A stretch of DNA of 64,000 bases from an uncultured Rhodospirillaceae bacterium (GTDB taxonomy: Bacteria > Pseudomonadota > Alphaproteobacteria > Rhodospirillales > UBA2165). Where the stretch lies: contig CAZMHI010000020.1 of NCBI GenBank assembly GCA_964566055.1, positions 4,139 to 68,138 of the forward strand, given 5' to 3'. The notes below the pieces were generated by a model. The model saw nothing but the letters and a program-made list of their open reading frames with translations, did no database searches and was not told the origin of the DNA. This document shows positions 1-9,124 of this stretch, one piece after another; positions within the stretch are counted from its first letter, which is position 1, and each line of letters begins with the position of its first letter. A program made the position numbers and the translations under genes.

Positions 1-243
1 ATCCCCGCGATTGGCGATATAAAGATCAGCTGTATCCGGCAGACCGCTCTCCAGCGGTGCCCAATCGACTCCGTCAATTACTTTGGCCGCAGCGCACATA
101 TTGCGCACCATAACTTCATGGCCGCGCTTAGCCAGTTCTGCCACCAAATTCACAATTGAGCTTTCAACACCACCGAGGGGACCTTGGCGCGGGCTATCGC
201 CATCAAAATTAATGCCGTCATCGGCCAGGACAATCCGCGCCAT
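1..243 (-). CDS. glycosyltransferase family 4/GT1-type, N-terminal 81 codons only (3' part lies outside the window)
   Basis: Reverse translation from ATG at 243-241 gives MARIVLADDGINFDGDSPRQGPLGGVESSIVNLVAELAKRGHEVMV, a typical GT4 N-terminus. The frame stays open to the window edge. Its start overlaps the stop of the upstream gene (TAATG). Confidence 0.6.
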   Translation of the reverse strand, partial: MARIVLADDGINFDGDSPRQGPLGGVESSIVNLVAELAKRGHEVMVRNMCAAAKVIDGVDWAPLESGLPDTADLYIANRGD

Positions 244-1064
244 TAGTTCAGTTCAACCTTTGCTTTGATATGGGAAATAAGCGGATAGAGGCCGGCGAAT
301 AACGCGATTAACAGGCCATAACCACCTTCTTTATAGCCTTTGCGGCTTATATAACATTTGAAGAACCGCGAAATCAGCCGCCTCACATTGTTGGCTGTTG
401 AACCGATATCACCACTATCTACTAAATCTTTCGCCCGCGCTGTCGTATAGGAATCGAGGCGTTTAATCATGTCCGATATATTGCGGTCAACATAGTGATT
501 GATACGATTGCTAAGCATCGCTCCCTTCTTCCCGTGCCAAATGAGACTTGGGTGAACGCGCTGCTGACCCCATATTTTAGCACCTTTCCGAAATAATCCC
601 GGATAAGCGGCTTTGCCATAGGACGCCCCCCAGCCATGACGAACCAGCCGGTCACCGATATAGTTATCAACCGGGATTTCATGCCAATCGAATGTGGTTG
701 CGTTGACGGTATTACGAATTTCACACGCCAACTCTTCAGGCACATGTTCGTCAGCATCAATTTCAAATATCCATTCACCAGCGCAAGCGTCTATTGCAGC
801 GTTCCTCCGGTCACCTTCGATATCCCACCCACCCTCAACAATACGGTCGGTAAATTGTTCGGCTATGGCTCGGGTACCATCGGTGCAGCGATCCAGCACG
901 ACGACTATTTCATCGGCAAAAGAGAGTTTTTCCAAACACGCAGCCAGCTTATCCTCTTCATTGTGGACGCTGATTACGGCTGACAATTTAAACGAAGGAT
1001 CTGGCAGGTTCAATTGACTGCCTCCGATTGATCGCTGGCCTTGCTTTTCAAACACCGTTGCCAC
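243..1064 (-). CDS. glycosyltransferase family 2 (LPS/core-type)
   Basis: 273-aa ORF. SAVISVHNEEDKLAACLEKLSFADEIVVVLDRCTDGT and a later EIDADE match the GT2 nucleotide-binding/DxD pattern. An alternative TTG start at 1013 would form a TTGA overlap with the upstream stop. Confidence 0.8.
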   Translation of the reverse strand: MATVFEKQGQRSIGGSQLNLPDPSFKLSAVISVHNEEDKLAACLEKLSFADEIVVVLDRCTDGTRAIAEQFTDRIVEGGWDIEGDRRNAAIDACAGEWIFEIDADEHVPEELACEIRNTVNATTFDWHEIPVDNYIGDRLVRHGWGASYGKAAYPGLFRKGAKIWGQQRVHPSLIWHGKKGAMLSNRINHYVDRNISDMIKRLDSYTTARAKDLVDSGDIGSTANNVRRLISRFFKCYISRKGYKEGGYGLLIALFAGLYPLISHIKAKVELN

Positions 1065-1993
1065 AATAAACGGGCACCTGCCTCTGCCATGTCAACGGTT
1101 AAACTGTCCATGAGGCTATCCGATGTCCGGTGATCAAAATCCTTGGGAAATATTTCCTCAAATGGTATAGCGGTCCGCACGACATCCGTATTCTCACCCC
1201 ACGGCGCATAAAGAGACTCTTGAGTTGGCCCAAACAAGCCGAGTGTCGGTACACCAGACGCTGCGGCCAAATGCATCAAGCCCGAATCATTGCCAATGTA
1301 AAAGGTCGAACGCGCAAGACAGGCATAGGCGGTTAAGAGATCTAACTTACCTACTAAATCGATCCGGCGGTCTTCCGGAATAGTATCAATTAGGCGCAAG
1401 GCCATAGGCCTTTCATCGTCACGACCGAGCAAAACTACTCGGGCGCCCGGCAGAATTCCATCTGGTGCAGTCAAGCGCACGATAAGCTCGGCAAAATTTT
1501 CCGTCCGCCAGGTTTTAGCCCGCCAGTTTGCGGTCGGCCCAATAGCTAGAATCGGCCCGCCATCTGGCAGATATTGTTTTGCCAATTCATTTTGCCGCGG
1601 ACTGGTCCACAATTTAGGTGGCACGATTTTGTCTAAACCCAGCACCTGGGCAGTTCGCTCTACCCGGCGCATATTACTGCCGCTTCGTGGCATACCGCGA
1701 CGTTGGCGTCGACCCAACAAAAAAGTCGCCGGCGCGTTTCTAAGATCAATGACCAGATCCCAAAAGGTGCCGATGGTGAGCAGCCACAACCTCAACCAAT
1801 GCAGCGAGAACACCATCTTGTCCAAGACAATAATCTGCTTTAGTCCGGGCAGTGCCTCAAACAAAGGCGCTGCTGCCGGACCACAGGCTACTGTGACTTC
1901 CAATTTTGGATTGTGCAGCCGCAAATGTTCCAGCAATCCAGTTGAAAGTATGGCATCGCCAATCCGTGTTGATGTAACGAATAAGACCTTCAT
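1010..1993 (-). CDS. glycosyltransferase family 9 (ADP-heptose:LPS heptosyltransferase-like)
   Basis: 327-aa ORF. MKVLFVTSTRIGDAILSTGLLEHL at the N-terminus and IGNDSGLMHLAAASGVPTLGLFGPT near the C-terminus are GT9 hallmarks. Confidence 0.8.
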   Translation of the reverse strand: MKVLFVTSTRIGDAILSTGLLEHLRLHNPKLEVTVACGPAAAPLFEALPGLKQIIVLDKMVFSLHWLRLWLLTIGTFWDLVIDLRNAPATFLLGRRQRRGMPRSGSNMRRVERTAQVLGLDKIVPPKLWTSPRQNELAKQYLPDGGPILAIGPTANWRAKTWRTENFAELIVRLTAPDGILPGARVVLLGRDDERPMALRLIDTIPEDRRIDLVGKLDLLTAYACLARSTFYIGNDSGLMHLAAASGVPTLGLFGPTQESLYAPWGENTDVVRTAIPFEEIFPKDFDHRTSDSLMDSLTVDMAEAGARLLWQRCLKSKASDQSEAVN

Positions 1994-2011
1994 ATCAATA
2001 GCTTAAGCTTT

Positions 2012-3046
2012 TTATTGTTTCCATAAAGCTTCAAATTCAATTGCTGCATTTTGCCAATTGCGCCCTGCCTGCAGAGTTTTAGCATCACGGCTGAGACTTT
2101 GATACATGGCAGTGTCTTCGGCCAACAACTCAAGGGTTAAATTTATAAAGGCGTCGTCATCGGGGGCGATATAGCCGGTCTGGCCGTTACCGATACTCTC
2201 TTCAACAACTTTGGTACCGCTATTAGCCGCGTAAATCACTGCCGGAGTGCCACAGGCCTGCGACTCAGCCAAGGTCGAGCCATAAAATTCTGAGCCAATT
2301 ACCGGGTACAAATGCACCCGCGCCGAGCTATAGGCTGCTGCCATTTCACTATTCGAGCTGGGAGACTTAACCCTAACATTTGCTCCCCGGGCATCGGCCA
2401 CTGCTTCAGCAATTTCTTTTAGCCGGTCAGGAACCGCACCATTGAAAAGGCTGGCAGAATAAATATGCAGTTCTGCTTTTTCGTTCTTTGGGTGAATATT
2501 GTCCCGCCACAGGCGCAACATATTTTTTAACCCATGCAGGGGATGCGTCGTGATAACGGCAACTGGTGGCGGCACGTCGCTGATTTCCGCATCAATATAA
2601 TTGGCAGCAATACCAGGCACGATTACGGCCTCTTTAAAATCCCGCCATGACTTCCAGGCCTGGCGTTGGTGCTCACCAACAAAAACCAGCGCCGGATCAT
2701 ATTTTTCCAGCAGCTTCTGATTTACCGGCTCGTTGAGAATTTTCGGATCCCCCCACAACCAAAAAATGGATTTTACCGCCGGGTCATCAATTTCCGACAA
2801 TAATTCGGGTTTTCTGAAAGCGATGAGTACATCACATTCGGGCGGCCGCGGCGTCTCAAACGGCAGCCAAAGCACACCCTCTACACTGGCTTGATACTCG
2901 CAACGGTTAATTGCCGTCACGTCATGACCTCGAGCCGCCAAAGCGCCGGCCAAATGGGCAAAAGCTTTCTCCGCGCCCCCCAAGGCGCGGGTGCCGGACG
3001 TGGCGCCATCGAAGGCGTAAGAGTCGTCAATCATTACAATATTCAT
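2012..3046 (-). CDS. glycosyltransferase family 4/GT1-type
   Basis: 344-aa ORF. GGAEKAFAHLAGALAARGHDV at the N-terminus and a C-terminal SEFYGSTLAESQACGTPAV (E-x7-E like) motif. It is the first gene of the same-strand glycosyltransferase cluster (the others lie downstream, 1-1993). Confidence 0.7.
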   Translation of the reverse strand: MNIVMIDDSYAFDGATSGTRALGGAEKAFAHLAGALAARGHDVTAINRCEYQASVEGVLWLPFETPRPPECDVLIAFRKPELLSEIDDPAVKSIFWLWGDPKILNEPVNQKLLEKYDPALVFVGEHQRQAWKSWRDFKEAVIVPGIAANYIDAEISDVPPPVAVITTHPLHGLKNMLRLWRDNIHPKNEKAELHIYSASLFNGAVPDRLKEIAEAVADARGANVRVKSPSSNSEMAAAYSSARVHLYPVIGSEFYGSTLAESQACGTPAVIYAANSGTKVVEESIGNGQTGYIAPDDDAFINLTLELLAEDTAMYQSLSRDAKTLQAGRNWQNAAIEFEALWKQ

Positions 3047-3174
3047 GCATATTTCCTTGTGGGCCTTGCGCGCTGTTTATAGGAGTTTCAAAGACTTATG
3101 GCAATTAGACAGCTCGAATATCTTAGTGAAAAACTTGTCATTTGCGCCGCGGCTTGGCTCAGCTATATTAAACC

Positions 3175-4059
3175 ATGACTGAATCACATTATGTCCGTCT
3201 GGATAATCGGCGAATACTTAAAATTACTGGCGATGATGCCCGCAGTTTTCTGCAAGGCCTGGTGTCAAATGACCTCGATCGAGTCTCGGCAAGCCATGCG
3301 ATTTATGCTGCCCTTCTGACTCCGCAAGGAAAATATCTTCACGACTTTTTTATTGCCGAGCTGGCTGAAGCCTTTTACCTCGATTGTGAAGCAGCCCGGA
3401 TTGATGATCTCCTCAAGCGGTTACGTATGTATAAGCTCCGCGCCAAAGTCGATATTGAGGTTGTTGAGGATTTAGCAGTCGCGGTGATGTTTGGTGATGA
3501 TATTCACGACGCCTTGGCCCTTGATCCGGCACTTGGTGCAGCCATGGAATGGCTGGGTGGTGTTATCTACACCGACCCTCGTCTCGGCGAGATTGGCGCG
3601 CGAGCCATCTTGCCAATTAATTCGTTAGAGATTGCGCTTCATGATGAGGCCCTGATCCCGGCTCCCTTTGAAAACTATGACAAATTGCGCCTCGCCCTCG
3701 GCCTGCCCGATGGCAGCCGTGACCTTGAAGTCGATAAATCTACCCTGCTCGAGTGCGGCTTCGAGGAATTACATGGGGTTGATTTCCATAAAGGCTGCTA
3801 TATGGGTCAGGAATTAACCGCCCGCACCAAGCACCGGGGCTTGGTCAAAAAGCGTCTTGTTCCAGTAAGCTTTGACGGCAAGGCACCTACTGCCGGAGCC
3901 GAAATCACTCAGGAAGGCAAAAACGCCGGCGAGATTCGCTCGACATCAGATGGCCAGGCCCTGGCAATGCTTCGCCTGGACTCATTGGCAAACCCGGCAC
4001 CGCTTATGGCAGGGGATATTGCGATAACGCCGAACAAGCCCGTCTGGGCTGATTTCTAA
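3175..4059 (+). CDS. ygfZ: folate-binding YgfZ/GcvT-like protein (tRNA-modifying/Fe-S cluster repair family)
   Basis: 294-aa ORF with the family signature FHKGCYMGQELTARTKHRG and an aminomethyltransferase-like fold pattern. Confidence 0.8.
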   Translation: MTESHYVRLDNRRILKITGDDARSFLQGLVSNDLDRVSASHAIYAALLTPQGKYLHDFFIAELAEAFYLDCEAARIDDLLKRLRMYKLRAKVDIEVVEDLAVAVMFGDDIHDALALDPALGAAMEWLGGVIYTDPRLGEIGARAILPINSLEIALHDEALIPAPFENYDKLRLALGLPDGSRDLEVDKSTLLECGFEELHGVDFHKGCYMGQELTARTKHRGLVKKRLVPVSFDGKAPTAGAEITQEGKNAGEIRSTSDGQALAMLRLDSLANPAPLMAGDIAITPNKPVWADF

Positions 4060-4716
4060 ATGACCCAAACTGATAATTCCGGGCCACCGGACCGGCCGCT
4101 AATTCTGGAAGCGGTAGCGCATAATTATGATCGAGCGCTCAAACATTTTGGCCCCAAACACAAAGCCGTCGCCTGGCGCGATCAGGAACGCCAGCAGCGG
4201 CGGTTCCAAATATTTGTCGGCCTGTTGGCTTATGACACTGAACGCGATGACGTCACCATCAATGATCTCGGCTGCGGCTATGGCGCGATGTTCGATACTT
4301 TTAAAGAGCTGCCGCAATTTTCAGATGGCACGTATTTTGGCTACGACATCAGCGAGGCGATGATTAAGGCGGCCAAACAAGAGGTGAGTGATCCGCGCGC
4401 GCTCTTCATCAACAGTCATCAGGCTACGGAAATGGCGGATTATTCTTTTGTCTCCGGCACCTATAATATGAAAATGACGGCACCTGAGCTGGCTTGGCGG
4501 AGCTATGTCGAGGAAAATCTGGTGCAGCTCTGGTCAAAAACCCGGATCGGGCTCGGCTTTAACATGCTCAACATCCAGTCGCCGTTGCGCGAGAAAACGC
4601 TTTATTACGCCAACCCGCATTACTTTATGGATTTTTGCGAGAAACATTTGGATGGGCAAGTCCGCCTGATCGACCTGTTGCATCCGAATGAATTTGTTAT
4701 TTTTGTGCGGAAATAG
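4060..4716 (+). CDS. class I SAM-dependent methyltransferase
   Basis: 218-aa ORF. INDLGCGYGAM (motif I) followed by YFGYDISEAM. The ATG immediately follows the ygfZ stop (TAAATG). Confidence 0.6.
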   Translation: MTQTDNSGPPDRPLILEAVAHNYDRALKHFGPKHKAVAWRDQERQQRRFQIFVGLLAYDTERDDVTINDLGCGYGAMFDTFKELPQFSDGTYFGYDISEAMIKAAKQEVSDPRALFINSHQATEMADYSFVSGTYNMKMTAPELAWRSYVEENLVQLWSKTRIGLGFNMLNIQSPLREKTLYYANPHYFMDFCEKHLDGQVRLIDLLHPNEFVIFVRK

Positions 4717-4743
4717 TTGATCCAATAATTAATCGACAGTCAC

Positions 4744-5607
4744 CTAATTATTTATCATCGCCAGCAGTTTCTGCATCATTTCGCTGTCCGGCTTGCAAAG
4801 CTCCATCGGCACATTGAAGTGGTTGAGCCCGCTGCATTCGAGATATTCGGCCGTCCAGCCCTTGCTTTGCCAGAGCGTCGTGAAGTCCTGGCTTTGGCGT
4901 TTAAATTCAGCCGTTTCCTCACCGCCCACCGCGACGATCAAAGGACAGCCGGCTGCTGGAAGATTACGGTCCGGACTGTTACGCAAGCCGTCTTCCAGGC
5001 TCATCTCCATCCACTCATTGACGAAGCATTGGGTGATCGGCTCCATATCCAGCAGACCACTGATCGGCAGCCCGCCTTTAACCACATCTGCCGGCAGGCC
5101 AAGTTCTTCCTGCCAACCGCCGGCCACCATCATACCGGTCAGATGCCCACCTGCCGACGAGCCGCCGACATAGATGCGCTCCGGATCAATGCCGTGATCA
5201 GCAGCATTGCTGTAAAGCCAAGCGATCGAGCGCCGGCATTCGGCCACGATCTGATCAATATTAGCCGGTGGCACCAGCGTGTAATTGATCGCCGCCACAG
5301 CAACGCCTTCGTTGACCAGATTCGGCGCCATAAAGCTGGATTCGTTTTTGGATAACATGCGCCAATAGCCACCATGGATAAAGACGAACAACGGCGCATC
5401 TGACATGCCCCGCACCGGAAACAGATCGAGGGTTTCCTCATCTCCGGGGCCAAACTGAATGTCAGCAACATGATCCAGCGCGGCCTTTGCTTCAGCACTG
5501 CCCTCGGCATAGGCCTCCAAAAAAGGATCAAGCGACGGCACGGTCGTCGCCGCTCGGTATTGCGCGTCCAATTCTTCCTGATCAAAGCCCCGGTAGAGTG
5601 ATGTCAT
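4744..5607 (-). CDS. alpha/beta hydrolase (esterase/arylformamidase-like)
   Basis: 287-aa ORF. FIHGGYW oxyanion motif and GGSSAGGHL nucleophile elbow. Confidence 0.7.
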   Translation of the reverse strand: MTSLYRGFDQEELDAQYRAATTVPSLDPFLEAYAEGSAEAKAALDHVADIQFGPGDEETLDLFPVRGMSDAPLFVFIHGGYWRMLSKNESSFMAPNLVNEGVAVAAINYTLVPPANIDQIVAECRRSIAWLYSNAADHGIDPERIYVGGSSAGGHLTGMMVAGGWQEELGLPADVVKGGLPISGLLDMEPITQCFVNEWMEMSLEDGLRNSPDRNLPAAGCPLIVAVGGEETAEFKRQSQDFTTLWQSKGWTAEYLECSGLNHFNVPMELCKPDSEMMQKLLAMINN

Positions 5608-5631
5608 GCTATGCGTCCCTATTAATAACTT

Positions 5632-5716
5632 CCTCCCCCTCGATGGGGGAGGATTGAGGTGGGGGTGTCTTCAACATTTCCACCCTCCCCTTTATCCCCT
5701 CCCATCAAGGGAGGGG
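5632..5716. repeat. C/G-tract nested palindrome repeat element, copy A
   Basis: Hairpin CCTCCCCC-tcgat-GGGGGAGG (5632-5652) and hairpin CCCCTCCC-atcaa-GGGAGGGG (5696-5716) flank GAGGTGGGGG / CCACCCTCCCC tracts. It is related to the element at 11171-11284. Confidence 0.7.
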
Positions 5717-5726
5717 AAAGTATTTT

Positions 5727-6335
5727 TTACTCCCGGCCCTCTTCAGCCATAGCTTCGATCATTTGATCTTCATAGTATTCTTGATAGTCATCATGATTGC
5801 GTCCGGTGTGCGCAGCGATGATTTTAGTCGAGGCAAATTCCTTGCGGTCGAGCTTGTTGTCTTCTCCCCAGAGTTTCGAGCGCAGGATCGCCTTGGCGCA
5901 GTGCATATAAGCTTCCCGTACATGCACAAGTAGACCCGTTGTTGGCACCTGGCCATTGAGAGCCAGTGGCTCGAGCAACGTTGGATCGGTGGTGATCTCT
6001 GCGTCGCCCCGGATGCGAAAGGTTTCACTAATGCCGGGAATTAGAAAAATCAGCGCCACCGTCGGGTCTTCGACAACGTTGTTCATCGAATCCAAACGGT
6101 TGTTGCCTTTGCGGTCAGGGATCAAAACCGTATTGTCATCCAGCACCTGGACAAAGCCCGGATGATCACCCCGCGGCGAGACATCCCCATTGGTGCCTAA
6201 TATCAGAAACGGCGAGGCGGCGATAAAGCGGCGGCAATGCTCGTCGAGTTTATATTGGGTTTTCTCAGCCGCAGCACCCTTCGGTTCAGCATAGACCTCG
6301 CGCAAGCCCGCAGCATCGGTGATGGTATCTGGCAT
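5727..6335 (-). CDS. pyridoxamine 5'-phosphate oxidase-family (PPOX-type) FMN-binding protein
   Basis: 202-aa ORF. The pattern FLILGTNGDVSPRGDHPGF...LIPDRKGNNRLDS...ALIFLIPG is typical of the MSMEG_1061-like PPOX class. Confidence 0.65.
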   Translation of the reverse strand: MPDTITDAAGLREVYAEPKGAAAEKTQYKLDEHCRRFIAASPFLILGTNGDVSPRGDHPGFVQVLDDNTVLIPDRKGNNRLDSMNNVVEDPTVALIFLIPGISETFRIRGDAEITTDPTLLEPLALNGQVPTTGLLVHVREAYMHCAKAILRSKLWGEDNKLDRKEFASTKIIAAHTGRNHDDYQEYYEDQMIEAMAEEGRE

Positions 6336-6355
6336 GGTTTTTCCTATTTCCCTAT

Positions 6356-6420
6356 CGTCACCCCGGACTTGATCCGGGGTCTAGAGTCGATTCTGGATTC
6401 CCGCTTTCGCGGGAATGACG
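6356..6420. repeat. RGNDE-type double-hairpin intergenic element
   Basis: CCCCGGA-cttga-TCCGGGG (6361-6379) and TCCCGC-tttc-GCGGGA (6399-6414) are bracketed by CGTCA/TGACG. One frame translates to VTPDLIRG...DSRFRGNDE, the signature of a repeat widely seen in proteobacterial intergenic DNA. Confidence 0.7.
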
Positions 6421-6439
6421 AAATGTTAAGGAAAATGTT

Positions 6440-9124
6440 TTAAGCGTCAATCAGCTTTTCGGCGTTGAGGGCTGCCTGGGCTGCCGCCAGCCGGGCAATC
6501 GGCACCCGATAGGGTGAGCAGCTGACATAGTCGAGGCCGATTTTATGACAGAAGGTCACCGAAGATGGATCGCCGCCATGCTCACCGCAAATGCCCAGCT
6601 TGATATCAGCCCGGGTGGCGCGGCCACGTTCGGTGGCGAGCTCAATTAGTTCACCCACGCCTTCTTCATCAATGCTGATAAAGGGGTCTTGATCATAGAT
6701 ACCCTGCTCCTCATAGCGCTCAAGGAATGAGCCGCTATCATCCCGCGACAAACCATAGGTCGTCTGAGTGAGATCATTGGTGCCGAAGCTAAAGAACTCA
6801 GCCTGTTCGGCGATATCACCAGCCCGTAGGGCAGCCCGTGGTAACTCAATCATCGTGCCGGTGAGATATTCGAGCTCGGTTCCGGTCTCAGCACTGACCT
6901 CAGCGGCGACCCGTTGCACCATATCATGCATAATCTCGTATTCCCGCTTGGCGCCAACCAGAGGGATCATCACTTCCGGCACCACGGCTTCACCGGTGTC
7001 TTTGGAGACTTGGGCAGAGGCTTCAAAGATCGCCCGGCATTGCATCTCATATATTTCCGGATGCACGATGCCTAGGCGGCAGCCACGGAGACCCAGCATC
7101 GGATTAGACTCATGCAGCGCAATGGCGCGCGCTTGAACAGTTTCAAAATCTGTCCCGGCCGCATCGGCGACTTCCACCATTTCATCATCTTTGGTCGGCA
7201 GGAATTCGTGCAGCGGCGGATCAAGCAGACGGATGGTGACCGGCAGGCCCTTCATAATGGTAAAAAGATCAGTAAAGTCAGCGCGCTGATACGGCAGCAA
7301 TTTCGCCAAAGCGGCTTTGCGGCCCTCGACATCAACAGCCAGGATCATTTCCCGCATATGAATAATGCGCTCCGGATCAAAGAACATATGCTCAGTGCGG
7401 CAAAGACCAATACCTTCGGCACCAAAACTTACAGCTGTTTCCGCATCTTCCGGCGTTTCCGCATTGGTGCGCACTTTAAGTTCGCGAATTTCATCGACCC
7501 ATTGCATGAGCACGCCAAAATCGCCGGTAAGCTCCGGCTGAATGGTTTTAACCTCACCGATCATGACTTCCCCGCGGGAACCATCGATGGTCAAAACGTC
7601 ACCGGCATTAACAGTTTGGCCGCCGCATTTCAGCGTTTGATCCTGGTAGCTCACCCGCAACTGCCCAGCACCAGCGACGCAAGGGCGGCCCATACCACGC
7701 GCCACTACGGCGGCGTGCGACGTCATACCTCCACGCGTCGTTAGAATACCTTCGGCTGCATGCATACCGCCAATGTCTTCCGGCGATGTTTCAATGCGCA
7801 CCAAAATAACTTTGTCACCTTTGGCGACCATGTCTTCGGCATCCTGGGCCGAAAACGCAACCTTACCGCAGGCCGCACCCGGTGAGGCCGGCAGACCTTT
7901 GCCCAAGATATTACGGTCGGCTTCGGGATCGAGGGTTGGATGAAGCAATTGGTCGAGCGCGCCCGGTTCAATGCGTTTGATCGCTTCTTCCCGGGTGACC
8001 AAGCCATCATTGGCCATTTCAACCGCGATCTTGAGTGCGGCCTTGGCGGTGCGTTTACCGTTCCGTGTCTGCAGCATCCAGAGCTTGCCCTCTTGAACGG
8101 TGAATTCCATATCCTGCATGTCTTTGTAGTGATCTTCGAGCTTGTCCCGTATATCGCAGAGCTCTTTATACATCTCCGGCATGCTCTCTTCCATCGACGG
8201 CAGATCGGTGGCGTTGAGTTCTTTCTCGGCAATGGTCAAAGGCTGCGGCGTGCGGATACCGGCAACCACATCTTCACCCTGAGCATTAACGAGATACTCA
8301 CCGTAAAAGGCGTTCTCGCCGGTTGAGGGATTGCGGGTAAAGCAAACGCCCGTAGCAGAGCTATCACCCATATTGCCAAAGACCATCGATTGCACATTGA
8401 CCGCCGTGCCCCAGCTTTCCGGGATGTCGTGCAGCTTGCGGTAAATCTTGGCGCGGTCATTCATCCAGCTGCCAAAGACCGCGCTGATGGCACCCCACAG
8501 TTGATCATGCGGGTCTTGCGGGAAAGGTTTGCCGAGCTCGTCTTCCACCTTAGCCGCGAATTTCTGGGCGATCTCTTTCCAGTCTTCGGCCTCTAATTCA
8601 GTATCGAGAGCGACGCCTTTGTCATCTTTGTGATCGGCGAGAATGTCTTCAAAGTGATGATGCTCGACACCCAGCACGACATCGCCATACATCTGAATGA
8701 AGCGGCGGTAACTATCATAGGCGAAGCGTTCATCACCACTGGCTTTGGCCAGACCGGCGACGGTTTCATCATTGAGGCCCAAATTTAAAACCGTATCCAT
8801 CATGCCCGGCATCGAGGCCCGGGCACCGGAGCGCACCGACACCAGCAGCGGATTATCGGCATCGCCAAATTTCACACCGATCGTGTCTTCGACTTTGGCC
8901 AGCGCCGCATCCACTTCGGCTTTAAGCTCGTCCGGATATTGATTGTTGTTGGCGGTATAGTGCGTGCACAATTCGGTGGTGATGGTGAAACCCGGTGGTA
9001 CCGGCAATCCGAGGCTCGACATTTCGGCCAGATTGGCCCCTTTGCCGCCTAATAGATTGCGCATTTCTGCCTTGCCTTCAGCGGAACCCCCGCCAAAAGA
9101 ATAGACCCATTTGGAGCTGCTCAA
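6440..9124 (-). CDS. ppdK: pyruvate, phosphate dikinase
   Basis: 894-aa ORF. KWVYSFGGG N-terminus, GGMTSHAAVVARGMG phosphohistidine loop, and C-terminal PEP-utilising TIM barrel motifs (FSFGTNDLTQ, CGEHGGDP). It starts at TTG, overlapping the glyS stop (TTGA). Confidence 0.95.
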   Translation of the reverse strand: MSSSKWVYSFGGGSAEGKAEMRNLLGGKGANLAEMSSLGLPVPPGFTITTELCTHYTANNNQYPDELKAEVDAALAKVEDTIGVKFGDADNPLLVSVRSGARASMPGMMDTVLNLGLNDETVAGLAKASGDERFAYDSYRRFIQMYGDVVLGVEHHHFEDILADHKDDKGVALDTELEAEDWKEIAQKFAAKVEDELGKPFPQDPHDQLWGAISAVFGSWMNDRAKIYRKLHDIPESWGTAVNVQSMVFGNMGDSSATGVCFTRNPSTGENAFYGEYLVNAQGEDVVAGIRTPQPLTIAEKELNATDLPSMEESMPEMYKELCDIRDKLEDHYKDMQDMEFTVQEGKLWMLQTRNGKRTAKAALKIAVEMANDGLVTREEAIKRIEPGALDQLLHPTLDPEADRNILGKGLPASPGAACGKVAFSAQDAEDMVAKGDKVILVRIETSPEDIGGMHAAEGILTTRGGMTSHAAVVARGMGRPCVAGAGQLRVSYQDQTLKCGGQTVNAGDVLTIDGSRGEVMIGEVKTIQPELTGDFGVLMQWVDEIRELKVRTNAETPEDAETAVSFGAEGIGLCRTEHMFFDPERIIHMREMILAVDVEGRKAALAKLLPYQRADFTDLFTIMKGLPVTIRLLDPPLHEFLPTKDDEMVEVADAAGTDFETVQARAIALHESNPMLGLRGCRLGIVHPEIYEMQCRAIFEASAQVSKDTGEAVVPEVMIPLVGAKREYEIMHDMVQRVAAEVSAETGTELEYLTGTMIELPRAALRAGDIAEQAEFFSFGTNDLTQTTYGLSRDDSGSFLERYEEQGIYDQDPFISIDEEGVGELIELATERGRATRADIKLGICGEHGGDPSSVTFCHKIGLDYVSCSPYRVPIARLAAAQAALNAEKLIDA

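Noticed and set aside
3047-3174. Defined sigma70 promoter for ygfZ in the divergent spacer
   Set aside because: A TATATT box sits 6 nt before the ATG, which could indicate a leaderless mRNA. The best -35 candidate at 17-nt spacing (TTTGCG) matches poorly, so the support is not strong enough to list as a feature.
6356-6420. Interpreting the RGNDE-type element as the intrinsic terminator of ppdK
   Set aside because: In the transcribed (minus) sense, neither hairpin is followed by a U-run. I keep it as a repeat element with unknown function.
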